The notes beneath the pieces were generated by a model. It had not been told where the DNA came from. It worked only from the letters and a program-made list of their open reading frames with translations, and made no database searches. A stretch of DNA of 64,000 nt from positions 30,671 to 94,670 of the forward strand of contig CAIMEL010000004.1 of the NCBI GenBank assembly GCA_903840015.1, given 5' to 3'. Positions 27,745 to 38,483 of the stretch are shown piece by piece (within the stretch, counting starts at the first letter, position 1; each line of letters begins with the position of its first letter). The translations under genes were made by a program, and so were the position numbers. The DNA is from an uncultured bacterium (lineage in GTDB: Bacteria; Patescibacteriota; Dojkabacteria; SC72).

Positions 27745-28509
27745 TTAGAGTGTTTGAAGATCAAATGTGATTGAATATTCTTTTGTTAATCCCTCTGTAT
27801 CAAGATTCCCAACAAATCGCTTACTGTAGCTCTTTCCATTTTCAAACTCAACAACAATATCGAACTGGAAAGAAGTCTCTAAATCAGAAGGTGTTAAACC
27901 AAGATATTGGAGATATTTACTACCATCAAATACAGAATCTCTTTCCAAAATACTCTCAACATCAACAGTTCCGAGATTTCGAATTAAGATAGAGAAGTTC
28001 GGCATTAAATAGCTATCTTTACGTACCTCATTGTACTTCCCAGGTTCAGATACTACATTGTAGGATATTGTATTACCTCCACTTTTGTAATTTAGGACGT
28101 CATCATTCTTCAACTCAGTAGTCATATCTGTATACAAAAAACTCCTCCCAGCAGTATTAATTGTATAATCAGTAGGATGAACCAATATCAAATCTCCAGC
28201 TTTACTACTACCTTTGAAGTTAGTTAGCTTAAAAGATTTAACCTCTAACTCTGGATCTAAGATTGTCATATTAAGATATGACTGTATTATGATATGTACA
28301 ACATTCTCGCTCTCTGTCTTCTTGGTACCGAAAACCAATGCAGACATCTGCTTCTGTGATATCTCTACTGATTTCTCCATCTCTTCTGTATTTGAAGGAG
28401 CTTTCTTCCCAAAAAAAGAAATTGCTGAATCACCTCTAAAAACCAAGAATACAACTATTCCTATTAAAATTATGATTGGAATCACTATATATATTTTAGG
28501 AAACTTCAT
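27745..28509 (-). CDS. Hypothetical membrane-anchored protein
   Basis: 254-aa ORF with N-terminal TM. Confidence 0.7.
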   Translation of the reverse strand: MKFPKIYIVIPIIILIGIVVFLVFRGDSAISFFGKKAPSNTEEMEKSVEISQKQMSALVFGTKKTESENVVHIIIQSYLNMTILDPELEVKSFKLTNFKGSSKAGDLILVHPTDYTINTAGRSFLYTDMTTELKNDDVLNYKSGGNTISYNVVSEPGKYNEVRKDSYLMPNFSILIRNLGTVDVESILERDSVFDGSKYLQYLGLTPSDLETSFQFDIVVEFENGKSYSKRFVGNLDTEGLTKEYSITFDLQTL

Positions 28510-28610
28510 ATTTTCTACTCTTAAATTATATTAAACATATTACCAAAAATTCCTTTACAATATTAATTTCTGTAGTATAATCGCTTCCTATTAACATTTT
28601 AATACTCTGT

Positions 28611-29072
28611 ATGTCTATTTTAACCGATTTAAAAGATATTTTAACTCCTGATTGTGAAAAGAAACTTCTTGGATATCTTGAAGGTAAAGACTTTTCTCCA
28701 ATTGAGAAAAGAAAAATACCCGAAAAACAGCGAAGAAGATATTTAGATGCCTTCCGAGTCATAGATTTACATCTCTGTGATGGAGAGTATGATGAAGCCC
28801 AAGGATTGCCATTCCATGATATTTCAATATCCAGCGATCTGAGTAGGCTAGCTTGTATCTTAGCTACATACAGAGGATATATACCAATGGTGTTAGATTT
28901 TGAACCAGAGTTACAAGCTGTCGATACTCGAAAGATTGAATTTCATTGCCAAGAAAGAGAAGCAGATATAGTTGCATACAACCCAGGAACTTCCACATAT
29001 CTTGCATATATATCAGAGGAAACAGAAACTGGAACTATGACACAGATTCCTTTTACCGTTACCAGACTTTAG
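28611..29072 (+). CDS. Hypothetical protein
   Basis: 153-aa ORF with upstream TATAAT. Confidence 0.65.
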   Translation: MSILTDLKDILTPDCEKKLLGYLEGKDFSPIEKRKIPEKQRRRYLDAFRVIDLHLCDGEYDEAQGLPFHDISISSDLSRLACILATYRGYIPMVLDFEPELQAVDTRKIEFHCQEREADIVAYNPGTSTYLAYISEETETGTMTQIPFTVTRL

Positions 29073-29130
29073 CTATTCCATTTTTATACTAATTACGATA
29101 GTATTTAGTATAAATTGTATATATGCATAA

Positions 29131-30258
29131 TTGGTTAGTAGAAGATCAAGAATAATAACTATCATTATCCTCTCAATATCTTTTCTTTCCATCGTCTCGT
29201 ATTTCCTCTTCACATATAATGCTAAGAACAAGGCGAATATTGATACTTTAAATCAAAATTCTGTAGTACAAGATTCTAAGGAAGATTTTTTAGATATTAC
29301 ACTTGAAGAAAAAGTTGGTCAGTTATTCATCTTCGGCTTTTGGGGTACGGAACCCGACTACTATATCACCAAAATGATTAGTGAAAGGTATATAGGTGGA
29401 GTAATACTCTTAGGATACAATCTTGAGAGTCCAAAACAGATTAGAAAACTTACATCTGATTTACAATCTTTAAGTAAAACACCTCTTTTCATATCAATAG
29501 ACCAAGAGGGAGGTACAGTGTCTCGTCTTAAGCCTCCAATTGTTTCTGATGATACAGCACAGAAGGATATTAAAGATGAGGCGGAGGCATATAATGTGGC
29601 ATATACTCGTGGGACAGAGTTAAAAGTTCTTGGTATCAATATGAATTTCTCCCCTGTAGTTGAGAGTATTAATAACGAAAATTCATTTCTCTATGACAGA
29701 GTGTTTAGAGATTATATTACTCTGTTAGCGAATGGTATGGTTAATGGATATGCTGATGCAAAGGTAATACCCGTAATTAAACATTTCCCTGGACATGGCA
29801 ATGAATCTAAAGATCCACACGATGTACTTTCTGTCGTTAATCTGGAGAGAAAAGATTTGGAATCATATCTTAAAGATTTTAAAGTAGTCTTTGAAAACAG
29901 AAATTCCCATGCTGTAATGATTGGACATATTTTAGCCCCCAAAATATCTTCAGATCCTGCTTCTCTTTCGAAGATTTTTGTTACTGATATCCTAAGAAAT
30001 AACCTGAAATTTAAAGGCATATCAATTACAGATGATATACAGATGAAAGCTTTAACGAAATCATACAGCATTAAAGAAGCTACTTTAAAAGCGATACTGG
30101 CTGGGAATGATATTCTGATGTTTACGGGAGTTCCAAAACAACAGGCTGAAGCATATGAGGCAGTATTGAATGGAGTGAGGGATGGAAGTATTTCAGAAGA
30201 GTTCATAGATGAGAAAGTTCGAAGAATTCTGGAATTGAAATCTCTATTTGAGCTTTAA
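29131..30258 (+). CDS. nagZ: GH3 beta-N-acetylhexosaminidase
   Basis: IDQEGG.V.R, KHFPGHG....DPH, ITDD..M. Confidence 0.88.
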   Translation: MVSRRSRIITIIILSISFLSIVSYFLFTYNAKNKANIDTLNQNSVVQDSKEDFLDITLEEKVGQLFIFGFWGTEPDYYITKMISERYIGGVILLGYNLESPKQIRKLTSDLQSLSKTPLFISIDQEGGTVSRLKPPIVSDDTAQKDIKDEAEAYNVAYTRGTELKVLGINMNFSPVVESINNENSFLYDRVFRDYITLLANGMVNGYADAKVIPVIKHFPGHGNESKDPHDVLSVVNLERKDLESYLKDFKVVFENRNSHAVMIGHILAPKISSDPASLSKIFVTDILRNNLKFKGISITDDIQMKALTKSYSIKEATLKAILAGNDILMFTGVPKQQAEAYEAVLNGVRDGSISEEFIDEKVRRILELKSLFEL

Positions 30259-31011
30259 TATTTCCTGTATATTTTTTACAACTACTATTTCTACATCAGA
30301 AGGAATTTCTACGCCTTTTGGTATACCAGTACCATAGTAATCAATCCATACCAAATGTTTACAACCAGCATGAATTGCTGGGAGGATATCTGAGGTAAAA
30401 CTATCTCCAATGACTAGAGTTTTACTAATATCACGATCAATTAACTGAAGAGCTCGCAACCAACTTGAAGAATCTTTTTCTTCTGTTATATCTGTTGCTA
30501 AATATGGAAGAGTAAATCCTACTGCAAAGCTTAGATCTTCAGCTTTTATTCTTGTCCATTCTTCTTGAGCATGAGAATGAAGAACTATCTCTGCTCCCAA
30601 ACTTTTTATGACTTGAAGCACATGAGGAGTAGCTTCATATCTTTGAGGAGATGTTGTGTAGAAATCTTCTAGAAGATCATTAACAATTTGTAAAAGATTT
30701 GGATCTAATGAATCACCAAAATGTCTTCTTAAAGCTGATTCACACTGCTCCTCCATTAATATTGGTCTGTAATTTCCTCGTTTGTATTCATCAAGAACTA
30801 TTTGAATAAATTCGGTGGCAATATCTTCTGCTCGCCTAGAAGTAGTATTTCGTTCAGCTACATCCATACCAATTTCATAGAGAGCTTGTCTGTAATATTC
30901 ATGGGTAGCTAAGAGTGTATTATCAATATCAAAGGCTACTGTATCTATATCTCTTTCTTTAAGAAAATTTTCTAAAGATGGGGCAGAGTCCTTTTCAAAC
31001 TCTGTATACAT
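30244..31011 (-). CDS. HAD-superfamily hydrolase
   Basis: FDIDNTL; IGDS..SDI. Confidence 0.85.
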   Translation of the reverse strand: MYTEFEKDSAPSLENFLKERDIDTVAFDIDNTLLATHEYYRQALYEIGMDVAERNTTSRRAEDIATEFIQIVLDEYKRGNYRPILMEEQCESALRRHFGDSLDPNLLQIVNDLLEDFYTTSPQRYEATPHVLQVIKSLGAEIVLHSHAQEEWTRIKAEDLSFAVGFTLPYLATDITEEKDSSSWLRALQLIDRDISKTLVIGDSFTSDILPAIHAGCKHLVWIDYYGTGIPKGVEIPSDVEIVVVKNIQEILKLK

Positions 31012-31033
31012 AATCACGCATTATATCACACCT

Positions 31034-31708
31034 TTATTTACCTTTAACTATATCCCATCCACTTACTAAACGTCTGTCTCCATATCTTTCTAAACATGTT
31101 GAGATTACAAGATCAGAGTAGGGGACTGTTGAATTTTTAAGAACTTCTGTATCTCTCTCCCATACTGCCTCTAATGTGACATCTCCAACAAGGATTTGCG
31201 TACCCACCAAATTATCTTCAGAATGGTATCTGTCTAGTAGGTCACCCAGAAGAAAAAATCTATTAGCTTTTGTAAAACTGTTATGTGTATGTAATTGGTA
31301 TGTGCCATCTTTTGCAAGAATGATACCTCCCATTACAATGTTACCTTCTGGATCTAGTTGTTTTTGCCATTTGTATTCACCTACTAGAAGATTATCAAGT
31401 TTTTTAGCTGTATTGTCATCATATTCTCCAATGTATGTATATTTGAAATATATTTTTTTGTCTAACCATTTCTTTGGTAAATCTCTGTTCAAAACGGATG
31501 CCTCTAGTACAACAACTTTCTCCTTTTTCATACCAAGGAGTTGTTCTAGAGTTTTTTCTTCTTTAACTTCTACTGGTTTCTCTTCTTGCTGTATTTCTAT
31601 GTTTACAACTTCATATGGTTTTATGGTAGGAATGAATACATATATTGTGAAGAGGATTGTAGTAAGTAAGAAGGTTAATGGGATTATGAGGAAGATTTGT
31701 TTTTTCAT
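31034..31708 (-). CDS. Divergent sortase-like protein
   Basis: N-terminal TM; His (LHTHN); LVISTC followed by RRLV; next to an LAETG substrate. Confidence 0.65.
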   Translation of the reverse strand: MKKQIFLIIPLTFLLTTILFTIYVFIPTIKPYEVVNIEIQQEEKPVEVKEEKTLEQLLGMKKEKVVVLEASVLNRDLPKKWLDKKIYFKYTYIGEYDDNTAKKLDNLLVGEYKWQKQLDPEGNIVMGGIILAKDGTYQLHTHNSFTKANRFFLLGDLLDRYHSEDNLVGTQILVGDVTLEAVWERDTEVLKNSTVPYSDLVISTCLERYGDRRLVSGWDIVKGK

Positions 31709-31737
31709 CCCTTGATTATATCTTTTAGAAAAGAAAA

Positions 31738-31763
31738 AAGCAGTACTCTTTCGAATACTGCTT
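31738..31763 (-). terminator. Intrinsic terminator of the LAETG protein gene
   Basis: AAGCAGTA/TACTGCTT stem; T-run on minus strand. Confidence 0.65.
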
Positions 31764-31790
31764 CTTCTTAACTAATATCGAATATATTAA

Positions 31791-32777
31791 TTAAAGCATA
31801 TACTTTTTAACAAATATTGCAGAGGATACTAAGGTACCCAATACTAATATCATTTGTACAAAGTATACTAAGGTTGTATCTGATGCTCCTGTTTCAGCTA
31901 AGACTACATCTGTAGTACCTTTAACTTCACCTTTGTCTTCATCTGTAATACCATCAACCTCACCATCATCATCTTCTTCCTCCTCTTCATCATCGTCAGG
32001 ACATGCTGCGGTTGCAGGACATACTTTATATCCACCTTCACCATCTGCTACCTCTCCTCCAAGGTATCCACATGCGGTTGGACAATCCTGCTCACATGCA
32101 ATCATATCTGTACTACAAGCTACTTCTCTTGTAGTGGAAGATGCTTCGAATCTACAGTTAGTTTTAACAGCATCTCGAATATGCTCTGGTAAATTAGGAT
32201 CTGTATTGAAATCACTCATAGCCCATGAAGGAATGCCTAAACTCACACCAGTAGGCCTATGACACTTATTTGGGTCAGATGATTTAAGACCATATACAAC
32301 ATCGACAGGACCAAACGTTTCTATTTTGTAACAGTCATCAGGTCCACTTTTCTCTTCATATGTATACCCAGCAGGACAAGCATGTGCGTTGATAACTGAT
32401 CTTGTCTGCTTTTTATAGTTGTTTCCACTACATTTTTCATCTTGACAGAGACCTGCATTTTCATCCTGTTGATTGCATTTGTTACTATTACTGCATGAAC
32501 TCCAAGTACTCCAAGAGCTATATACAACAAAATCTTCTGCATAGATCTTATGATCTGCTGTGAAGGATTTTGTTGGGCAACCCTCATCACAAACTTCTAC
32601 AAAGAGAGTTTGAATTTTTGTTCCCTCTGTTGTTCCACACTGAGCAACACATTCAGAAGAATCTCTCCAATCTTCGGAAGGTATTAAAGAAACTCCTTAG
32701 ACACCTAATGGACTTCCTAGGAGGAACAAGAAAAGGAATAAAGGCAGAATTAGAAAGGCTAATAACTTTCCTTTCAT
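31791..32777 (-). pseudogene. Cys-rich cell-surface protein with LAETG sorting signal, interrupted by one in-frame TAA at codon 27 (pseudogene or base error)
   Basis: Single frame from ATG 32777: MKGKLLAFLILPLFLFLFLLGSPLGV*GVSLIP...WSTWSSCS...CPAGYTY...joins ORF 31791..32246 ending VLAETG-TM-KK. Confidence 0.8.
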
Positions 32778-32965
32778 ATATATTAAAATAATAATTTAAA
32801 TTATTATTCCTACGACAAAAATATTAAAAGTTCATTGTCATAGATAACTATGCAAATTATACTCCTTTTCATCATTCATAGTCAACTACTATGAGTCCAA
32901 TTATTCCTTTGTACAAAAGCACATCCAAAGGGTAAGATATAGAAATTAATTAAACCCAATTATCA

Positions 32966-33976
32966 ATGATTTCAAAAAACTCCATCTCCATACTTGCCTG
33001 TCAATCTGGTAAACCACTTGCAAAGAAAATTGTAAAAAAACTCTCTCCTAAAACAAAAAACGGTATCAATCTCATAGATTCAACACAGACAATATTTGCT
33101 AACACTGAAATAAAGAATGTTGTAAATGAAAGCATTAGAGGAAGAGACGTATACATCATTCAAGATGTAGAAAATCACAGTGATGGCCTATCCGTTGATG
33201 AAAACCTTCGTTCACTTTACACAACCATAGATGCCTGTAGAAGATGTGATGCTGGAAGAATAACTATTGTAATACCATCATACCCATATGCAAGACAAGA
33301 CAAACAAGATGGAAGAGACGGAATAACTGCAGCAAGAGTTGCTTGGGAGTTAGAGGGAGAGATGGGTGCTGATCATATCATTACAATGGATTTACACAAC
33401 TCCGCTATTCAAGGATTTTTCAGAAGAGCAAAGATAGATAATATTAGAGGAGGGTTTGTATTAATTCCTCATCTAAGAAAACTCATTACAAATCCTGCAG
33501 AAACAGTCATTATGCCTACTGACTTGGGAGGAGCAAAAAGAGCTAACTATTTTGCCCAATCACTCTGTACAGGTATAGCATTTGCTTACAAAGAGAGAAA
33601 TTACAGTAAAGCCAATTGTGTAGAAAGTATTCAGATACTTGGTGATATTAAAGACAAAGATGTATTCATCATAGATGACATGATTGATACAGGTGGAACT
33701 CTAATGCGAGCTGTTTTACGAGCTAAAGAAATGGGTGCTAAGAATATATATGCAGTATGTACTCTAGCTCTTCTGAATGGTAATGCCATACAAGATTTCT
33801 CAAAGCTATACAATGACAAAATCATAGATACAGTCATTGGTACTGATGCAACATATCACTCCAAAGAGTTTCTGAAAGAAAACAAATGGTTTAAAGAGCT
33901 TTCAATTGCTGAATATATTGCAGAGATAATATTTCGTATTCACAAGGGCAAATCAATTGGTGATTTGTTAAAATAG
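32966..33976 (+). CDS. prs: Ribose-phosphate pyrophosphokinase
   Basis: FANTE, YPYARQDK, MDLH, IIDDMIDTGGT. Confidence 0.96.
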   Translation: MISKNSISILACQSGKPLAKKIVKKLSPKTKNGINLIDSTQTIFANTEIKNVVNESIRGRDVYIIQDVENHSDGLSVDENLRSLYTTIDACRRCDAGRITIVIPSYPYARQDKQDGRDGITAARVAWELEGEMGADHIITMDLHNSAIQGFFRRAKIDNIRGGFVLIPHLRKLITNPAETVIMPTDLGGAKRANYFAQSLCTGIAFAYKERNYSKANCVESIQILGDIKDKDVFIIDDMIDTGGTLMRAVLRAKEMGAKNIYAVCTLALLNGNAIQDFSKLYNDKIIDTVIGTDATYHSKEFLKENKWFKELSIAEYIAEIIFRIHKGKSIGDLLK

Positions 33977-33987
33977 ATCATAGGGAT

Positions 33988-35067
33988 ATGAAAATAGAGG
34001 AGAATTACTCATTAAAAAATCACAACACCTTCAATGTAGATGTTAAAGCAAAGCTGTATACAGAAGTAAGCTCGGTCATAGATTGTTTGAATATATTAAA
34101 AACATATCCCAAAGAGAAGATATTAGTACTTGGAGATGGAAGTAATACTCTTCTCATAAAGGATTGGGAGGGGATAGTAATAAGACCAATTATAAAAACG
34201 ATTCGTAAAGTAAAAGAAGACGAACAATTCATATACATTGAAAGTGGAAGTGGAACAAATTGGGATCATTTTGTTAGATACTGTGTAGCAAAAAACTATG
34301 CAGGTATTGAAAACCTCGTAATGATTCCAGGAACAGTAGGGGGAGCTGTCGCACAAAACATAGCCGCATATGGTCAGAATATAACGGATACACTTGTTTC
34401 CGTTCGAGCCGTAGATATTAAAAGTAAGAAAAAGGTAATGTTACTACCAGAAGAGTGTGGATATGAATATCGTAGGAGTAATTTTAAAAACAAATGGAGA
34501 TACAGATATATAATAACTTCTGCTGTTTTCAAATTAAGGAAAAATACCAAAGAGTTTGAATTAAGTTACCATGAAAGGGCAGGGCGATATGGATCAATAC
34601 TAGAAGAACTAAACTCTTTTGCGAAAGAACCATACACCATACAAGATGTTATGCAAGCTGTAATAAATCAAAGGGCCAAAAGATTACCATCAGTAGATGA
34701 GTATGGTACCTGTGGCAGTTTTTTTGAGAATCCTGTCGTACCAATAAAGAAATATGAAGAGTTAAGTAAGATGATATCTGAATTACAATGCTATCCTGTT
34801 GAAGATCTTCGGTACCATATAAAAGATTGGGCGGAATATCGCAAAGAAGATTTTGTAAAAATTCCTGCTGGAAGAATACTTGATGAATTGGGATGGAGAG
34901 GGAGATGGATTGGTAATGTTGGAGTAAGCGAGAAGCACGCACTTTGTGTAGTATCGAACAAAGAAGCTACAGGAAAAGAGATTTTGGATTTTGTACATGA
35001 AATGCAAAAAGATGTTAAACTAAAATACGATATAGATTTAATATCCGAAGTTAATATCATTGAGTAA
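33988..35067 (+). CDS. murB: UDP-N-acetylmuramate dehydrogenase
   Basis: LGDGSN, IPGTVGGA..QN..AYG, YRRS.FK, GSFFENP, KHAL, EV. Confidence 0.96.
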   Translation: MKIEENYSLKNHNTFNVDVKAKLYTEVSSVIDCLNILKTYPKEKILVLGDGSNTLLIKDWEGIVIRPIIKTIRKVKEDEQFIYIESGSGTNWDHFVRYCVAKNYAGIENLVMIPGTVGGAVAQNIAAYGQNITDTLVSVRAVDIKSKKKVMLLPEECGYEYRRSNFKNKWRYRYIITSAVFKLRKNTKEFELSYHERAGRYGSILEELNSFAKEPYTIQDVMQAVINQRAKRLPSVDEYGTCGSFFENPVVPIKKYEELSKMISELQCYPVEDLRYHIKDWAEYRKEDFVKIPAGRILDELGWRGRWIGNVGVSEKHALCVVSNKEATGKEILDFVHEMQKDVKLKYDIDLISEVNIIE

Positions 35068-35071
35068 TTGA

Positions 35072-35776
35072 ATGGAAAAGATACTTTGCTTTGATCTTGA
35101 TGACACATTGATAGATGATAATTACAAATTTGAAATCACTTTCTGTGAATGTATTAAGGCAATAATCAACTCATTGGAGACAAGATCTCCACAGATTGAT
35201 GATATTCTTAAAAGAGCAAGAGAGATAGAGAACAGGACATGGGATACATGGCCAAAGGAGAGATTGTACAAACCGGAGAGGATTGCAAATGCATGGGTAA
35301 AGACATACGAGAGTTATGCAAAGGAATTAAAACTTCCAATTAGAAAACATACAAAGAATCTAATTGAATCTTTGGTTCTTTCAAACTACGATCCACCTTA
35401 CTTCATAATACCAGGTGTGATTGAAACAATATCGTATTTGAAACAGAAAGGATACAGAACATATGTTGTTACACTTGGGCAATCAAAAATACAGAGGAGG
35501 AAATTAACTGTAACAAAATTGATAAAGTATTTTGATGATGCATTTTACGCAACACATGACAAAAGGATTCCTTTAGCAGAGATTAAGAAAAGACATCCCT
35601 CTGATGATATATATATGATTGGGAATTCAATTAGAACAGATATAAATCCAGCACTGGATCTTAATTTAAAGGCAATCTACATAGAGAGAGGTAACTGGCA
35701 TAGGTTCAAGGCAACACCAAGAAACAATGACTTCACAACTTTAGAAAATATCACAGAATTAGCAACACTCTTTTAA
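35072..35776 (+). CDS. HAD-superfamily hydrolase
   Basis: FDLDDTL; MIGNS.RTDI.PA. Confidence 0.9.
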   Translation: MEKILCFDLDDTLIDDNYKFEITFCECIKAIINSLETRSPQIDDILKRAREIENRTWDTWPKERLYKPERIANAWVKTYESYAKELKLPIRKHTKNLIESLVLSNYDPPYFIIPGVIETISYLKQKGYRTYVVTLGQSKIQRRKLTVTKLIKYFDDAFYATHDKRIPLAEIKKRHPSDDIYMIGNSIRTDINPALDLNLKAIYIERGNWHRFKATPRNNDFTTLENITELATLF

Positions 35777-37395
35777 GCTGTTTCCTGCCTGACTTGTTTC
35801 AAAAGGACCTTACGAATATCTCTAACTTTAGAAACAGAGAGTTCGATAATTGATATAGCATCGACAAAAATATTACCATCATACTTAGCATCTATTTCCA
35901 ATCTGTGAACATGAATATCATACTCATTTCGAATCAAAGCATATATCTCTTCCTCAAGAGGTTTTACAGCTAGCAATCCTTTCTCATTCGGTTCCTTTAT
36001 CATCTCCTCTATACTTCTAAATAGCTCAATCAATTTGTTATGTATTGTTGTAAGCTTCTCAATATCGACCTCCTCCTTATTAACCCCAAGCGAATGTATT
36101 TTAGAAAACACTTTTGAGAAATCATCACCTAAATCTCCAAGTTGCTCTATAGTATTGGAGACCTTAACCAGAGTCACAGTCTGTCCTGCAACATCTTTAG
36201 AAAGTATCGATTTGGAAAGCTCCAAGATGCTTGAAGAGATCTCATCATCCAAATAGTCGTTTAGTGTTTCTAATTTTTGAATTTCCATCGGTATTACACC
36301 GGAATCATTGTAAAAGATACTAATCGATTTTTGAAATATCTTAATCATATTTTCAACTGAGTATGCCAACTCATTTCTAATATCCTCCATCCTCTCTGCA
36401 ACCTTCTTTTCTACTGTCATATCAATATGTTTTGTTTTGAAAAGAATCTCTTCTTCATCTCCCTTAATTAAACTTTTAACCAATTTTTCAAATGGTGTGA
36501 GCAGTATTAAGAAGACAACTGTATTAACAAGATTGAAAAGCAGGTGAGCAAATGCCACTTGGAAAGCAGGATCATCTACAAGAAACACCATTACCCTGAT
36601 GAAGACATTCAGGAAAATCATAAAGAAGACAGAACCAAGAAGATTGAAGAGGAAGTTTGCAAATCCTGCTCTTCTGGCATACAAGGATAGTCTGGCAGAA
36701 GCTAGTAATGCAGTAATGCTCGAACCGATGTTTGCACCTAAAATCATAGCGATACCAACCTCAACAGGAATTAATCCTCCCTGTGCTAATATTACAGTAA
36801 TACCGGAAGTTATTGAGCTCGAGTGTATTAGCATTGTGAAAAGCATAGCGACTAAGTATGCGACAAAGGGATTGGACAAATGAGAGAAGAAATTCATAAT
36901 ATTTGGATCTCCTCTCAATGGCTCAATACTAGAAGAGAGAATGTTCAAGGCAAAAAGAATTAAACCAAGAAAGAAGATTGGTTTACTGACAATCTTTATC
37001 TTCTTACCTAAAAAGCGGGAGACAAAACCAAGAATGATGAGGATTGGAGCTATTGCATCGGATTGTATTAAGGCAAGCTGTGCTGTAATTGTAGTACCTA
37101 TATTACTACCGAAAATTACTCCTAGACTATTACGGAAGGAAATAATCCCAGTATTCACTAGTACTACCGTTAATACTGTGATTGCAGAGCTAGACTGTAT
37201 CGCTGCAGTTGAAAATGCACCAACTAATGTCCCTACGAATCTGTTCTTAACTAGTTTTGCGATAATACTTCTGAACCTCTCAGCAGCTAACTCTTGAATT
37301 TCATTACTAAGGTTTTCTATTGCAAAGAGGAAAAGAATAAGTGCAGAGATTAAGAAAAGAATAATTTGAAAGAAACTGTAATCACCTAAATCCAT
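35773..37395 (-). CDS. Na/Pi cotransporter family protein (NptA-like) with PhoU-like C-terminus
   Basis: QSSSA, GSNIGTT, HSSS, GANIGS, AH.LFN. Confidence 0.93.
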   Translation of the reverse strand: MDLGDYSFFQIILFLISALILFLFAIENLSNEIQELAAERFRSIIAKLVKNRFVGTLVGAFSTAAIQSSSAITVLTVVLVNTGIISFRNSLGVIFGSNIGTTITAQLALIQSDAIAPILIILGFVSRFLGKKIKIVSKPIFFLGLILFALNILSSSIEPLRGDPNIMNFFSHLSNPFVAYLVAMLFTMLIHSSSITSGITVILAQGGLIPVEVGIAMILGANIGSSITALLASARLSLYARRAGFANFLFNLLGSVFFMIFLNVFIRVMVFLVDDPAFQVAFAHLLFNLVNTVVFLILLTPFEKLVKSLIKGDEEEILFKTKHIDMTVEKKVAERMEDIRNELAYSVENMIKIFQKSISIFYNDSGVIPMEIQKLETLNDYLDDEISSSILELSKSILSKDVAGQTVTLVKVSNTIEQLGDLGDDFSKVFSKIHSLGVNKEEVDIEKLTTIHNKLIELFRSIEEMIKEPNEKGLLAVKPLEEEIYALIRNEYDIHVHRLEIDAKYDGNIFVDAISIIELSVSKVRDIRKVLLKQVRQETA

Positions 37396-37447
37396 ATCAC
37401 CAATTTAACATATTGATAATTGAATTCCAATATAGTAACGTTAGAAG

Positions 37448-38056
37448 ATGGTTAACAAATATCTTAAGAAGTTAAACAAGGTCGTAATTCTTCTTACTCT
37501 TTCCGATATTTTTGCTTGGGGACCATTCTTAATAATAACTGCAATATCTGCCGTATATCTTTCACATAGACTAGGAGAAGATATCGTGCAATTTGTTGGA
37601 ATAGGAACAGCAATATATTTTCTCACACGATCGATATTACAAATGCCAATTGGCCTACTTACTGACAAAATCAAGAGAGACAGAGATGAGATCTTAATCC
37701 TCTCGATAGGTGTTATTCTAATGGGGTTGCCATATGTTTTCTATCCTCAAATCACAGAACCTTGGCATTATTACGTATTGCAGTTTATTTTTGGTATGGG
37801 TGTGTCATTAAACTTAACAAGCTGGAGGAAGCTTTTTGCAACAAATGTAGACAAAGGACGAGAAGGTTTTCAATATGCCGCATACGAAACTGCTATCAGT
37901 ATAGCGACAGCTTTGTTAAGTACTTTGATTGGTAGTATTGCAAGCCTAGGAGATGTATATTTCGATCTAGTTATGATTAGTGCAGGAGTAGTTATGATGT
38001 TTGGTAGTATTTGGATAATCCTCATATACAAAGTAGAGAAAAGGAAAACACAGTAA
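37448..38056 (+). CDS. Half-size (about 6 TM) MFS-like protein
   Basis: QMPIGLLTDK motif-A-like; 202 aa. Confidence 0.75.
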   Translation: MVNKYLKKLNKVVILLTLSDIFAWGPFLIITAISAVYLSHRLGEDIVQFVGIGTAIYFLTRSILQMPIGLLTDKIKRDRDEILILSIGVILMGLPYVFYPQITEPWHYYVLQFIFGMGVSLNLTSWRKLFATNVDKGREGFQYAAYETAISIATALLSTLIGSIASLGDVYFDLVMISAGVVMMFGSIWIILIYKVEKRKTQ

Positions 38057-38077
38057 TTAAATTTTAAACATATCAAG

Positions 38078-38479
38078 ATGGAAAGAAAAGGAATCATAGG
38101 TCTAGCTGTTTTACTCTTACTTCTAGTTGTAATCGGTGCTGTTGTGTATCAAGTTGTTCTTGGCGATAATACAAAAAAAGATGACGACACATCTCTAGGA
38201 GAACCACATACACTTACTGAAGAAAACTTTGTGTTTGAATATACATATAAAGGGGATAATTTATGGTCATATACAGTAAAAGGTAATTTGCCAACTCCCT
38301 GTTACTCCATCAATACAGATGCTGTCGTTATGGAGAGCTTCCCTGAGCAAGTTATTGTAACATCACGGATTACTCCCCCTGCAAAGGATGTTATGTGTGC
38401 CCAAGTTATACAAGAAGTTAACGAGGTTGGAGAATTTAATGCGAGTGAGAAAGCAACTGTTAGCTTTAATGTTGAATAA
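38078..38479 (+). CDS. Membrane-anchored hypothetical protein
   Basis: TM; GNLPTPC, ESFPEQV, CAQVI. Confidence 0.75.
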   Translation: MERKGIIGLAVLLLLLVVIGAVVYQVVLGDNTKKDDDTSLGEPHTLTEENFVFEYTYKGDNLWSYTVKGNLPTPCYSINTDAVVMESFPEQVIVTSRITPPAKDVMCAQVIQEVNEVGEFNASEKATVSFNVE

Positions 38480-38483
38480 ATCC

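Noticed and set aside
32697-32699. Alternative genetic code (code 25 or stop reassignment) explaining the internal stop
   Set aside because: TAA, TAG and TGA all terminate conserved genes in this window (e.g. TGA ends mnmA).
32321-32791. ORF-track entries 32321..32590(-) and 32570..32791(+)
   Set aside because: Off-frame or antisense shadows of the interrupted adhesin gene 31791..32777.
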